Assembly (NCBI RefSeq): GCF_009914755.1
Contig: NC_060925.1
DNA from: the human T2T-CHM13v2.0 reference genome, Homo sapiens
Direction: 5' to 3' (one strand)
Length of the DNA: 64,000 nt
The notes beneath the pieces are model-generated. The model saw nothing but the letters and a program-made list of their open reading frames with translations. It had not been told where the DNA came from and made no database searches. Shown piece after piece: positions 11,140 to 22,979 of the stretch. Every line of letters starts with the position of its first letter. Position 1 is the first letter of the stretch. The position numbers and the translations under genes were made by a program.

Positions 11140-11290
11140 GAAGGGCAGGGTCTGTGCTTGCCTGCTGTGTGACCTGGACAAGCCCTGGAGTGGGTCTCAA
11201 TCTGCTTCCTTCATCTCTAAAGTGAAGGCAGCACTGTGGACTGTCCCTGCCTCCCTCCGTGTCTGCGACAAAGGCGAGTGTGTGTGAAGG
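11140..11290 (+). mobile_element. MIR SINE fragment
   Basis: gctgtgtgacctggacaag ... cttccttcatctctaaagtg. Confidence 0.55.
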
Positions 11291-12611
11291 TAGCCAGGCT
11301 GGGGGTTTGCATCTGGTCAGGATTGGGGAGATAAGGCAGGAAGCCCCACCTCTTTGCTGGGGAAATTTCTGTGCTTCGGTGGCTCCAAGAGGGCTGGGAG
11401 CCTGTCTCTGAGGTCAGGGCTCCGTCTTCCCAGGCTCTCCCGGGCCCTAATGACAATTCGGCTTCATCAGCCCTGCAGCTGGGGTTCAACGTTCCCCAGT
11501 CTCTGTGGGCCAGGTCCCGGGTGCAGGTTTGAGATAGAAACGGCAATTGATCATATTAATATTTAGCATGTTTGCAGAAACGGCTTTCTCAGTGCTATCA
11601 ATCTGCTGTGTTAATAGCGGCCGCTTGGTTCTGGGCACAGACGCTCAGAAGGGGAATGCCAATGAGTCCCAGTGCCGCAGGGCAGCCGTGGTCCCGGGCT
11701 GGTCAGAAGGTGGGACCAGCGGCCAAGGCTCCTCCTAGCACCATTTCCTGGAGTTACGACAGCTTTGTTCTTGTCTCAAAGCCAAGATCCAGGGCGAGGG
11801 GAGAAGCTATTGCCTTTACCGCACAGTTTTAAAGACAGAAGAACAAGATAGAACTCCATCAGTTCCCAAGTTTCTCTTTCTAGCAAACTGTTTTTGGGAA
11901 GGGGCCTTCAGGATGACCCTGCCGCTCCAGGAGCCCTCCCACTGAAGAAGGGCCTTCTGTTCACCAGGGTATACTCGGCAGAGATGTAGGTGTACAGAAT
12001 CCTCTGTGAGGAATGGGAACACCCTATTTTTTCTCTAGAAGTTGCCTCCGTGCGTGCCTGCTCTCCCCGATCAGCTCTCCCACAACCACAGCCTGCCTGA
12101 TGCGCCCACCTCTCCCTCTCCCTGTTTTGTTCAGGGGGCAGGATGGCCCTTCACTGCTCATGGGGACTCATAGGCACCCAGTTGGGGGAACATTCTCCAG
12201 GTCTCTGACCCACTACACAGCACTCCTCCCTGCTTGGCTCTGAGAAGGAAAAGAGGAGCCAGAGGATGGGGCCCCAACAAGCCTCAGGTGGAAGCTGCAG
12301 TCCCGTGGAGCCAGGCACAGCTCCGGCCAAGTCCCAGAACTCAGACCTGCCCACCCGCCACATGGGTGCAGGGAGGGTGACAGCCGGTCAGCCCTGAAGA
12401 AGCAGCAGAGAAACCAGCCCTTTCTCCGAGGCAGGGCCTGGCTGAGAAAGCCCAGACGTTCCTCTCAGATGAGCCGATCAGGGTCAAGGGCAGAGAGGAG
12501 CCAGGGTTGTGTTAATGGAGCTTCACGGCTAGGGAAGGAAAGTCAGAAGTGGGAGTGAGGCTCCTGCCTTCTACCTCTTCTGTTGGAAACTGCCCTGGAG
12601 GTTGCCCTTAC

Positions 12612-12649
12612 CCCATCCATCCATCCACTCACTCACCCATCCATCCATG

Positions 12650-12683
<34 letters not shown>

Positions 12684-13596
12684 TCCCCTTATAAATCTAT
12701 CCACCCATCCATCCCCTCATCCATCCATCCAACCATCCATCCATCCATCCATCCACCCATTGATTCACCTACCCATCCATTCATCCATTCCTTCATTAAC
12801 CCATCCATGCACTCATTCATCTATCCATCCATCCATCCATCTATCCATCCATCCATTTACCCATCTATCCCCTCATCTATCCACCAAGCCATTCATCCAC
12901 CTATCTATGCATTCATCCACCATCTGTCCATCCATCCATCCATCCATCCATCCATCCATCCATCCATCCACCCATTGATTCACCTACCCATCCATTCATC
13001 CATTCCTTCATTAACCCATCCATGCACTCATTCATCTATCCATCCATCCATCCATCCATCCATCTATCCATCCATCCATTTACCCATCTATCCCCTCATC
13101 TATCCACCAAGCCATTCATCCACCTATCTATGCATTCATCCACCATCTGTCCATCCATCCATCCATCCATCCATCTATCCATCTGTCCATACATCCATCT
13201 ATTCTTCCATCCATCCCTCCATCCATTCATCCCCTGTTCTCCTGGAGGCATTCACACCTTGAGGTGGCCTTTGGGGAAGAGCTGCCTCATGCTGGGTCCT
13301 GCCTCTTTCAGAGCAGGGCAGCACAGCTCCTCAGAGCAGGAAGACCCTTCTGGCAGACACCAGGCTGCATCCATCCATCCATCCACCCACCCATTGATTC
13401 ACCCACCCATCCATTCATCCATTCACTCATTAACCCATCCATGCACTCATTCATTTATCCATTCTTCCTTCCTTCTGTCCATCCATCCATCATCCATTCA
13501 TCTATCCATCCATCCATGTACCCATCTATCCCCTCATCTATCCATCCAGCCATTCATTCACCTATCTATGCATTCATCCACCATCTGTCCATCTAT

Positions 13597-13629
<33 letters not shown>

Positions 13630-14175
13630 TATTCTTCCATCCATCCCTCCATCCATCCATCCCCTTATAAATCCATCCATCTATCCACCCCTTGATTCAC
13701 CCACCCATCCATTCATCCATTCATTCATTAACCCATCCATGCACTCATTCATCTATCCATTCTTCCTTCCTTCCGTCTAACCATCCATCCACCCATCTAT
13801 CCACTCATCCATCCACCCATTCATTCACATACCCATTCATTCATTCATCCATCCATTAACCCATCCAGCACTCATCCATCCATTTTTCCTTCCATCCACT
13901 AATCCATCCATCCATCCCCTCATCCATCTGTTAACTCATCCATCCACTCATGTATCTATACACTTATCCATTCATCCACTTATCTATGTATTCATCCACC
14001 ATCTTCCATTCATTCACCCATCCACCAACCCATCCATTCACTCATCCATCTATTCATCTATTCACCCATCCATCAATCTTTCCATCCATTCGTAAATTCA
14101 TCCACCCACCCACCCATCCATTCAGCTATTTATCTCTCCATCCATCTATCAAGCATCTATTCACACTCCCACCCA
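12612..14175. repeat. Degenerate (CCAT/TCAT)n array with higher-order 215-300 bp duplications, interrupted at about 13232-13368
   Basis: Tetranucleotide periodicity. The marker CC(A/T)TGATTCACC recurs near 12757, 12972, 13391 and 13690. Confidence 0.95.
13246..13368 (+). repeat. 123-bp local duplicate (copy A) of 14754-14876
   Basis: Ungapped manual alignment, 114/123 identical. Confidence 0.95.
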
Positions 14176-14269
14176 TACCTCTTCTGCTGGACATGACGAA
14201 GGCCCTTACTGACTGCCAGGAAACTGTTTCAGGTGTTTTGTCATTGTAGGGAGAACACGGGGTCGTTAG

Positions 14270-14450
14270 AGTGGCGTTTGAGAAGCTTCGAAATCAAGAC
14301 TGTTTGAACATCTCCCAGCTCGTTCCTGACTAGCTGTGTGGCATTGAGCAAGTTGCTCACTCTCTGAGCTTCACTTCTTTGATGTATAAACTGGGTGAGG
14401 TCACAACTCCACCTTCCCTCCAGGGCTGCTGCAAGAATGAGCTGGACCAC
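14270..14450 (+). mobile_element. MIR SINE
   Basis: actagctgtgtggcattgagcaagttgctcactctctgagcttcacttctttgatgtataaactggg ... agggctgctgcaagaat. Confidence 0.75.
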
Positions 14451-14753
14451 AGTGCCGGCTGCATGCTCCGCGGCCCAGTCAATATCAGCAGCCGGCCAGT
14501 CCCCAGGAGAGCGAGCCAACGTCAGTGCTCTATTGTCTGATTAGAGGCTGATTGCTCCAAAGTTGCTCCTGGAATCATTCTAGAATCGAACAGCTGTGTG
14601 GTCAACCAGGGACCATGTTTCCTCACAGTCTTGGAGTTGTGATGGAGGCGTTCTCTGTCCTGAAGTTTTGCCTCCCTTTGTAATTGCATTTATATGTTGG
14701 CCTGAACTGATCAGTAAGTTTTGGATGGGCCAGGTGAGACTGAATGCAACCTC

Positions 14754-14876
14754 AGGCGTTCACATCTCGAGGTGGCCTTTGGGGAAGAGCTGCCTCGTGC
14801 TGGGTCCTGCCTCTTTCAGAGCAGGCCAGCACAGCTCCTTGGAGCAGGAAGACCCTTCTGGCAGACGCCAGGCCGC
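14754..14876 (+). repeat. 123-bp local duplicate (copy B, CpG-retaining) of 13246-13368
   Basis: Ungapped manual alignment, 114/123 identical. Confidence 0.95.
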
Positions 14877-15619
14877 GGCGTCTTGCTGCCTCTGGGCAGG
14901 AGACTGAAGTTAAAAACAGACTTGCAAGGCTCGGCCATGGCTGGGTTTTACAAGAATGATGGCCCGGTGTTTGGCGAGCTGGGGAGTGGATCCTCCCCCT
15001 GCCAGCGATATTAGGGACGATGAGGAGCACGTGGCAATAAGACGGCAAGGGTTTGGTCCCCTCACACCCAATAAAAAAACGCCTTTCATGAGAGAAAGCA
15101 GTTGCAGGGGCAGCTTTAGACTTGAAGCTTTTGGAGGCCACATCTACACAGACAGGTAAGGGGCGTCTCGAACACAGTCCTTCTGAAATTCTTGGCGAAT
15201 CTCCCCTCCCTCCCGCAGGCTTCCGTCTGCCTCCCTCACCTCCGCACAGCCCCAAACCCAGAACCGAGCTCTGCGGAGAGGTGGTTCTTTAACAGCCACG
15301 TCTTCCTGGGAAGGCTTTGGATGGGAAAAGTGCTTTGCAGCCCAGCTGCTGTTCTCCCGGAGGCCGGGGCTCCTGGAGGCTGCCGCTTGCTTTTCTCCGC
15401 CTGGGTGGCAAACGTGTGTACTTAACTTGAAAAACGTCAGGGTCAATAAGGGTTTCAGTCCACATTTTCAGAGCGATCTTCTCGACATTTTAGAAAAGCC
15501 TAGTTCCCTCTGTTAAACCCTGTTTCCCCCAGGATGCACCCTTGTCACTCAGCACTTCCCCATCTGTCCCCACCACCCACTTCCCAAACTCGAGGGCCCT
15601 GCTCCTTGAGGGCACCCCT

Positions 15620-15765
15620 CCTGGAGGCTTTGCTGAAGCACCGATTGCCTGCACACACCAGCCCCGCCCCAGGTCAGTGGGCCTGGGTGGACCTGTGAAT
15701 TACAGGTCTAGCAAGTCCTCAGGGGATGCAGGGGCTGCTGGCGGGGACTCCACTCAGACTCCTGA
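15620..15765 (-). mobile_element. MER5A (hAT-Charlie) fragment
   Basis: gattgc...cccc, cagtgggcctggg and tctagcaagtcctcaggggatgc...gctgctggcggggactccact resemble the reverse complement of MER5A. Confidence 0.5.
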
Positions 15766-17715
15766 GCCACAGGGGCTGAAACCCACAGCCGGGTCCACCC
15801 AACCTCTAAAACCTTCCGGTCCCACCTCGCTCCAAACACCTTGCCCAGCCCTTCCCTTGGGCTGGCCCTGGCCCTGCGGGTTTAGAGAAGGGGGTGACCC
15901 GATGCTGCACCTTTCACGGGCCTTGAGGCCTGATGTTACTGTCAGGGCCTTGGAGGAACTCAGACAAACCCCATCCAGGGCTCTCCCCGGTTTTGAAAGT
16001 GCCCATATGGCGCCCACCACACATATTCTCTCTGCTCTGGACTTCTCTGCCTGATGGTTGTGGGGAATGTGTAGCCGATCCCAACCAAAATAAGAGGGCT
16101 CCGCCTGGACTAGGGTGAGGCAGAGAGGCCAGCAGGGCCAGGACTGGGGTCAGAGCGCTTGTGCCCCAGGGCATGGACAGGCTGGGTGTCAGGGGCAGGG
16201 AGCGTGGACTCAGGAGTGGGTGTGGTTCCAGCCCTCAGCCCCTCACTGGGGGATGACAGGCTCCTTCACCCCCCTGTGCCTCTGTTTCCCCAGCTGTACA
16301 GTGGGCAGCTCCCCTGAGGGAGGAGCACACCCTCCTTCCAGAGCCACTCACTGCTTGGTCCACATGGCTGGATGCGGGCACCTGAGAGGCTGTGACATCA
16401 CATCCGTCCCAACACCTGGAAACAGGCTGAGAAACCTGCTGTGGGGTGGCAGATCCATCAGGCAGCATGAGGGAGAGAAAAGGGCCCCCGAGTGCCCACC
16501 CGGCTGCCAACCCAGCAGGCCCGCATGGCACCGTGGTGCAGATTGAAGGGGCCGCCCGCTCTCAAGGCCGGGCACCTGCATCCTGGCACCTCGCTGGCCT
16601 CCGCCTTGCCCTGCTCACCAGGCACTAGCCTCCTTGGAGGGTGTGGAAGATTCCAAGGTGATCCGGCCCCGAGTGATCTCGTACAAGCTTTTCTGGTTAG
16701 AGAGACGGTTCCCAAAGCCCAGAGATCTGTGGCCTGAGTGTGGGTCACCCCTGCTTTCCCGGGTCCCTGTTCCTATCACGGTGGACCCTCCCCAGGCTGC
16801 CACCGGATTTGTTTGCTCCATCATGACAAAGACATTAACGAATGACAAGGTTCTTGGTGGTCTGCAGCGCAGAATCGTTATCCCTGGACTTTCCTGTCCC
16901 TTCCGTCTCATACTTTTGACCTTAGGTTTTCTGAAATGTGACATTTCAGGGAACTGCACAGCAAAGGATTCCCTCGTGTTTCTCAGGTTGATCAGAAGCA
17001 CCTACTGCCACCCTCCACAGTTATTTCTGTTGTTTCTGTTTTTTGTTTTTTGTTTTTGTTTGTTTGCTTGTTTGTTTTAAGCAGCTCCTCCCACCCCCCA
17101 GGCCAAGACAAGGTATCTCGGAGCCGGGCAGGAATCATGAAGTATGTTCTGCTGTAAACTCACAGGCCTGAAGTAATCACACATCCACGTACACACAGGT
17201 GGAGTGAGGAACCGTAGATTTTTGGAGTGGGTGTACTTTCCACTGAAATGTTCCTTGAAATCACGTGGCTGGGTGTGCAGTTGTAAGAAACGCCGCGTAG
17301 AGGCCAGCCTGCCCTTGGCGCAGTTTCTCCCGGTGGGTCCCATCTTGGGCATCTCCAGGATCACATCTTGGCCCCATAGAGAGGTGTGCAGCTGGGTGGG
17401 ACCGAGTCCCCACAGGGCCCGAGGGCCGCAAAAGTAAAGACCCAGGCCAGCATCAGGAGGCCCCCAGGGAACCCGCATGGGGCCTAGACGAGGGCAGCCC
17501 GGGGCAGCCGAGCGCCATTCGCTGCCTTGCCCTTGAGGGAGGGAGGCAAGGGGGCCCGAACTTCAGCCCCTCACCCAGCAGACGGGAGACCCTTCCTCCT
17601 GAGGGGTCTCCAGACAGAAGAGAAACAGCGTTTCCCAACCCAGAGGCCGCATAGAGGCTGGGGTCAGCTGAGGTTGCCCTGGACACCTTTTCAGGTTCCC
17701 AACAGGGCCCTCTGC

Positions 17716-19060
17716 TTACACACGCAGTCTTACACACGGCCTTACACACGCAGTCTTACACACGGCCTCACACACGCAGTCTTACACGCAGCCTTACACA
17801 CGCAGCCACACACGCAGCTTTACACACGCAGTCTTACACACTCGGTCTTACACACGCAGTCTTACACACGATCTTACACGCGGTCTTACAAATGCGGTCT
17901 TACACGCGGTCTTACACACGCAGTCTTACACGCGGTCTTACACACCCGGTCTTACACACGGCCTTACACACGCGGCCTTACACACGCAGTCTTACACGCG
18001 GTCTTACACACGCAGTCTTACACGCGGTCTTACGGTCTTACACACGCAGTCTTACGGTCTTACACACGGTCTTACACACGCAGTCTTACACACGGTCTTA
18101 CACACAGTCTTACACACGCAGTCTTACACACGGCCTTACGCATGGTCTTACACACGCAGTCTTACACACGGCCTTACGCATGGTCTTACACACGCAGTCT
18201 TACACACGGTCTTACACACGCAATCTTACACAAGCAGTCTTACACACGGTCTTACACACACGGTCTTACACACGCAGTCTTACGGTCTTACACACGGTCT
18301 TACACACACGGTCTTACACACAGTCTTACACACGCAGTCTTACACACGGCCTTACGCATGGTCTTACACACGCAGTCTTACACACGGTCTTACACAAGCA
18401 GTCTTACACAAGCAGTCTTACACACGCGGTCTTACACAAGCAGTCTTACACACGGTCTTACACACAGTCTTACACACGCAGTCTTACACATGGCCTTACG
18501 CATGGTCTTACACACGCAGTCTTACACAAGCGGTCTTACACACGGTCTTACACACACAGTCTTACACACGGTCTTACACACGGTCTTACACAGTCTTACA
18601 CATGCAGTCTTACACACGGTCTTACATATGGTCTTACACATGCAGTCTTACACACGGTCTTACACATGCAGTCTTACACACGGTCTTACACACGGTCTTA
18701 CACAGTCTTACACGTGCAGTCTTACACACGGTCTTACATATGGTCTTACACACGCAGTCTTACACACGGTCTTACACATGCAGTCTTACACACGGTCTTA
18801 CACACGGTCTTACACAGTCTTACACGCGCAGTCTTACACACGGTCTTACACACGCAGTCTTACACACGCAGTCTTACACACGGAGTCTTACACACGGTCT
18901 TACACACAGTCTTACACATGCAGTCTTACACATGCAGTCTTACACACGGTCTTACACATGCTTACACACACAGTCTTACACATGCCTTACACATGCAGTC
19001 ACATGCTTACACATGCAGTCACATGCTTACACACACTGTCTTACACATGCTTACACACGG
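17716..19060. repeat. About 1.35 kb array of 10-14-bp units (GCAGTCTTACACAC / GGTCTTACACAC)
   Basis: About 100 CTTACAC-like cores. It decays into CA-rich sequence at the 3' end. Confidence 0.97.
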
Positions 19061-20439
19061 ATACTCATGGGATGCTCACATTCACACGCACTCTGGGGGC
19101 CGCCCTTCCCTGCCAGCCACCACACGGTGCCTCTTTCCTGCCCAGTGGGGCCTGCAGGCCTCATGGCTTCTCCTTAAAACCACATGATGAAGGAGGAAGC
19201 ACAGCCAGGCAGATACCGACTCCGAAAAACCCCCTTGTACTCCCTCTGGCCAAGAATCTAGGCTGAAATCTGCCCATCCCTGACACAGAGCCGCTCGGCG
19301 CTCGGGCTGCGGGGAAGGGGTCGTCGTGTTGGTAATCCCCCTCTGAGGGCACTGCTCGCGTGGCCCTGGCAGGTGGACGGTGGTGAGGGATCCCCTGTTG
19401 GCTGTTGGGCTCCTGTCCTGGCCGGTTTAGCACAGTGGTCCTGATCTGTGGCCTCTTCTCTCGCTCTCTCCAGACCCCAAGACCCTGGCCATAGCTTTGC
19501 TTTCTAGATATGGGTCTCTTGGGAGATGGTGGGGGTGGCCTCTGTTCCAGGATCATTTCCTACAGCCTGGGTGAGGGGTGCTGAAGGCTCCCACTCTAAG
19601 GCTGAAATAGACGCAGCCCTAAACCAAGGGTTGTGGTGGAGCCCAGGGGCAATGCGAGGGGCAGAGGTCACCGTGGGCTCCCAGCCAGCTCGGTCTCTGT
19701 CCCAGCCCGGGGCAGCAGCAGGGTTTCTTCACCTCCCTTACCTGTATTATGCGATCAAATGACGATCGCTCATACGTGTGTGTGACAAGACTCAAAGCAG
19801 GGCCTCTCCGTGAAGATCCCCAAGCACATAGACTCGGCTGGAACTGGCAGATCGGGAGGTGCTTCACGGCAGAAAGGGGTGGCCTTGGCCCCAACTCGGG
19901 GTCACTCAGCTCCCTTCCAGCCAAGTCCACCTCTTCCCTCCCGAGCTCCCTGCCTCCCCACTCCCCTCCTTGCTTTTATAATTCCACAGGTCTCCCCATA
20001 GAAATTCTAGAAATGATGGCCTCAGTACCCTGGAATGAGATCATGGCAAATCCCAAATAAAGGATGTCAGGTCTCCTGACAAGTCAATCACACGCTGTTA
20101 CCCAGCCTGCATCTCCAAAGTCATACATGATCCTGGCCCTGCACACTGACCTGTGAGAGAGTGCCTGCTGGAAATGCACACCTGTGTCACAGAGGCCTGG
20201 GTGGTAGGCCAGTGAAAAGATGCCCACGTCCAGAACAAGCCTGTCCAGCAGGGCAGAGGGTCGGGCAGCCTCCTGAACTTGCTGACCCTCTCGGGGGCAT
20301 CCTGGCCGGAGCTCAGGGTGGAGAAGGGCTGACTCTGATCTCCCGGCTCCGGTTGTTCCGGGGACCCCAGAGAGCGAGTGATCTGTGCCTGGCCTGCTGG
20401 AGCCTCCGTGCAGGCTTCCCGCTTTCTCCGGGCTTTAGG

Positions 20440-21400
20440 GCTGTTCTCTGCACCTCATTTTCTCAAAATGTTTTCTGCACACGAATTAGCCCTCCTCTCA
20501 CCCACCCTTGAAAGAAGAGCTCCCTCTCCCCCAGCAACAGGGACAGCAAAATGAGACGGGTTTTTCCTGGAGGCTGTGGGCAATCGCTTAACCCCGTGAC
20601 CGCCGGGGAAGGGAGGCCGGGGGCCCAATGCACAGGCCTGCCTTTAATCAGCAGGAAACACTACCTTTCTCTCCTAAGCTGTTTGCTTGGCCAGTAAATT
20701 AAACATGCCCTTAAAGCGCTGATTTTCCTCCAGCGGGTCAGGGGTTTTGGGAAGTAGAATTCAAACAGAAAAAAGCCATGTTTTAAACGGAGCCCTGCAA
20801 CGGATATGCACTTGATGCGGACGCTGCCCCACTTCGGGCTCCAGCGGAACTCCCAGAAACACCTGGGGTTCTAATTCCTACTTGTCCTTCGGGCAGAGGC
20901 GCCCACGCCCGAGAGGAGTTAAGGAGCGCGTCGAGGGGGCTTCGGCCTCCAACCCGACTTTGTTTGCGAGCTCCGTGCAGTTACCAGTTCCAAATAACAA
21001 GATGCCATGTTAATTACCACCCCCCCCAATGTACCTTTCTGCTGCACACGGTCAGCGGGGCGGGGGTTATGGGGGTGTTCTTTCAAACCTAAACAACTTC
21101 AGGTCTTTAGGGGGGAGGAACAGCAGCGGCAGTTCTGTGGCTGCGTCTCTGAAAGGATCCGCCGCGTCAATTAGAAAGGACCCGTTGGCCACTTAAAACA
21201 TAATAATTACTTCTCTGAATGCTGATCAATTAAATAAGTGTTTTCCTTACGACTTTTCCCCCCAAGACTTTGGTTTCTTTTGAAAGAAAGCATTTTGCTA
21301 CTTCTTGTGCTGATCTGTTTGCAACCAGTGTGAGGAATCTGAAGTCATTTTTCCTGTACTTAAAAGTTCTGGTCTCCTTAGAGGCTTCTGTTTCCGCAGC
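20440..21400. promoter_or_regulatory. Candidate conserved regulatory block about 2 kb upstream of exon 2
   Basis: Repeat-free and CpG-retaining, with at least eight TAAT/ATTA cores and an NKX-type CCACTTAA at 21189-21196. Confidence 0.5.
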
Positions 21401-21591
21401 CAACGACAGGGTGCGGGGCGGGGGCCGGGAGGCGAGGGCCAGCAGGACCGGGGTCCAGTCACTTTCACGGGTCCTCGAGGCAGCCACAGAAGGAGGGGCT
21501 TGCGTGGAAAGATCTAGATCAGGTCAGGGTGACGGAGCTCACCCCACCTCCTGTCCCTTCCCGCTGCTCCCCACCTAACACTCGCGCCTGC

Positions 21592-22130
21592 CTTTTTTAT
21601 GTTATCGAGGCAGAATTCAACCTCTGTAAAGGGGGCGATTCAGTGGCAGTGAGCCGTTCACCCAGCAGTGCGACCACCCCCTCTCTAGTTTCCAAACACC
21701 TCATCACCCCGAAAGGAGACCTGGGCCTCTCGCTATCACCCCCACCCCAGTCCCCGAGATCTCCCATCTGCTTCTGTCTCTGGGGGCCTGTGCTGGATGA
21801 GTCGTCTAAACGCCGCCAAGCAGGTGTGACCCTCTGCATCAGCTTCCTATGCCGAGTGGTGCATGTCGGGGGCTGGTCCAGGCTGCGCGTGCCAGGGCCG
21901 CCCTCCTCCTTGGGGAGGGGTGGTGCCACAGGTGTGACCCTCTGCATCGGCTTCCTACGCCGAGTGCCGCATGTCCCAGGCTGGTCCAGGCCGCCTTCCT
22001 CCTTGGGGAGGGGAGGTACCGTCCACTACTCATCCGTTCCCTCATTCCCTCGCAGACGGACATTTGGGCTGTTTCTGCCTTCTGGCGATGGTGAATCTGC
22101 CACTGTGAACATTCGCCTGCCTGAGTCCTG
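21592..22130 (-). mobile_element. L1MB-type LINE-1 3' fragment, strongly GC-shifted, with an internal ~108-bp duplication
   Basis: gattcagtgg, tcatcaccccgaaaggagac, ttctgtctct, gacggacatttgggctgtttc and ctgtgaacattc follow the L1MB antisense order. CAGGTGTGACCCTCTGCATC occurs at 21821 and 21929. Confidence 0.75.
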
Positions 22131-22450
22131 ATTTGGCTGCACTGGGTGGAGGGCTTTGCTTTTCTTCCTGTCCAGACTCTTCCTCGCCCTGCCCATCTCC
22201 CTTGGTGCCTCAGGCTACACTCTGGTATAGTTTCGGCTGCACACACACACTATCTTGGCACCCATCCTCTCTTAGGATGGACCCCAAAGGCCTATCCCAG
22301 ACAGAAAAACTGGGCACTCTGTCATTGCTTAGTTCAGTGACCTGGGGCCCCATGAGTCCGATATCCATGACCTCAGCAGGCCTGTTCCTAGCCTGTGTCG
22401 AGATCATCAGGAACTTCCACCAGCCTCCCCAAGACCCAGCCAGCCCTACC

Positions 22451-22597
22451 CCAGTGCATGTCCAGGCTGTGGCCTAAGTGCAGGGATGCCCAGGCTGCGG
22501 CCCAAGTGCAGGGATGTCCAGGCTGCGGCCCAAGTGCAGGGATGTCCAGCCTGCGGCCCAAGTGCAGGGATGTCCAGGCTGCAGCCCAAGTGCAGGG
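22451..22597. repeat. 28-bp tandem repeat, about 5 copies (CCCAAGTGCAGGGATGTCCAGGCTGCGG)
   Basis: Direct periodicity. Confidence 0.92.
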
Positions 22598-22979
22598 AAG
22601 CAGCACTGAGCACATTTCACATTCACCCAAACTCTGAGTCCTCCCAGGCACTTAGGACTTCTGCCGTCCCTGATTTCCAAGGCTATAGAGGACATTTGGA
22701 ATGTTCTGGTGCAAATATTTCACCATCAGCCAGCCCTGGGTCAGCCGCCACGCGTGACGGCTTCACCGGCTGTCCCCAGGCTTGCAAGGCACAGGCAGCT
22801 CCTTCCCTAGTTCCCTTAGGGCAGGACCACCCGGCGCATCCTCAGGTGGCTGTGGGAGCCAGGGTGGGTGAGCCAGGGTGTGTCGGGCTGTGCCATCCCA
22901 TCAGAAATGTTGGCCCCAAAGGAGCCTGGTAGGATCCCATCCTCTGGAGCCTCTGACATCGAGTGATGGCAGCTGGGCT

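Noticed and set aside
12549-14249. SIHP-repeat ORFs
   Set aside because: Translation of (CCAT)n.
17527-19266. 579-aa ORF, the longest in the window
   Set aside because: Consists of the TCTTACAC array, which lacks stops on the + strand in all frames.
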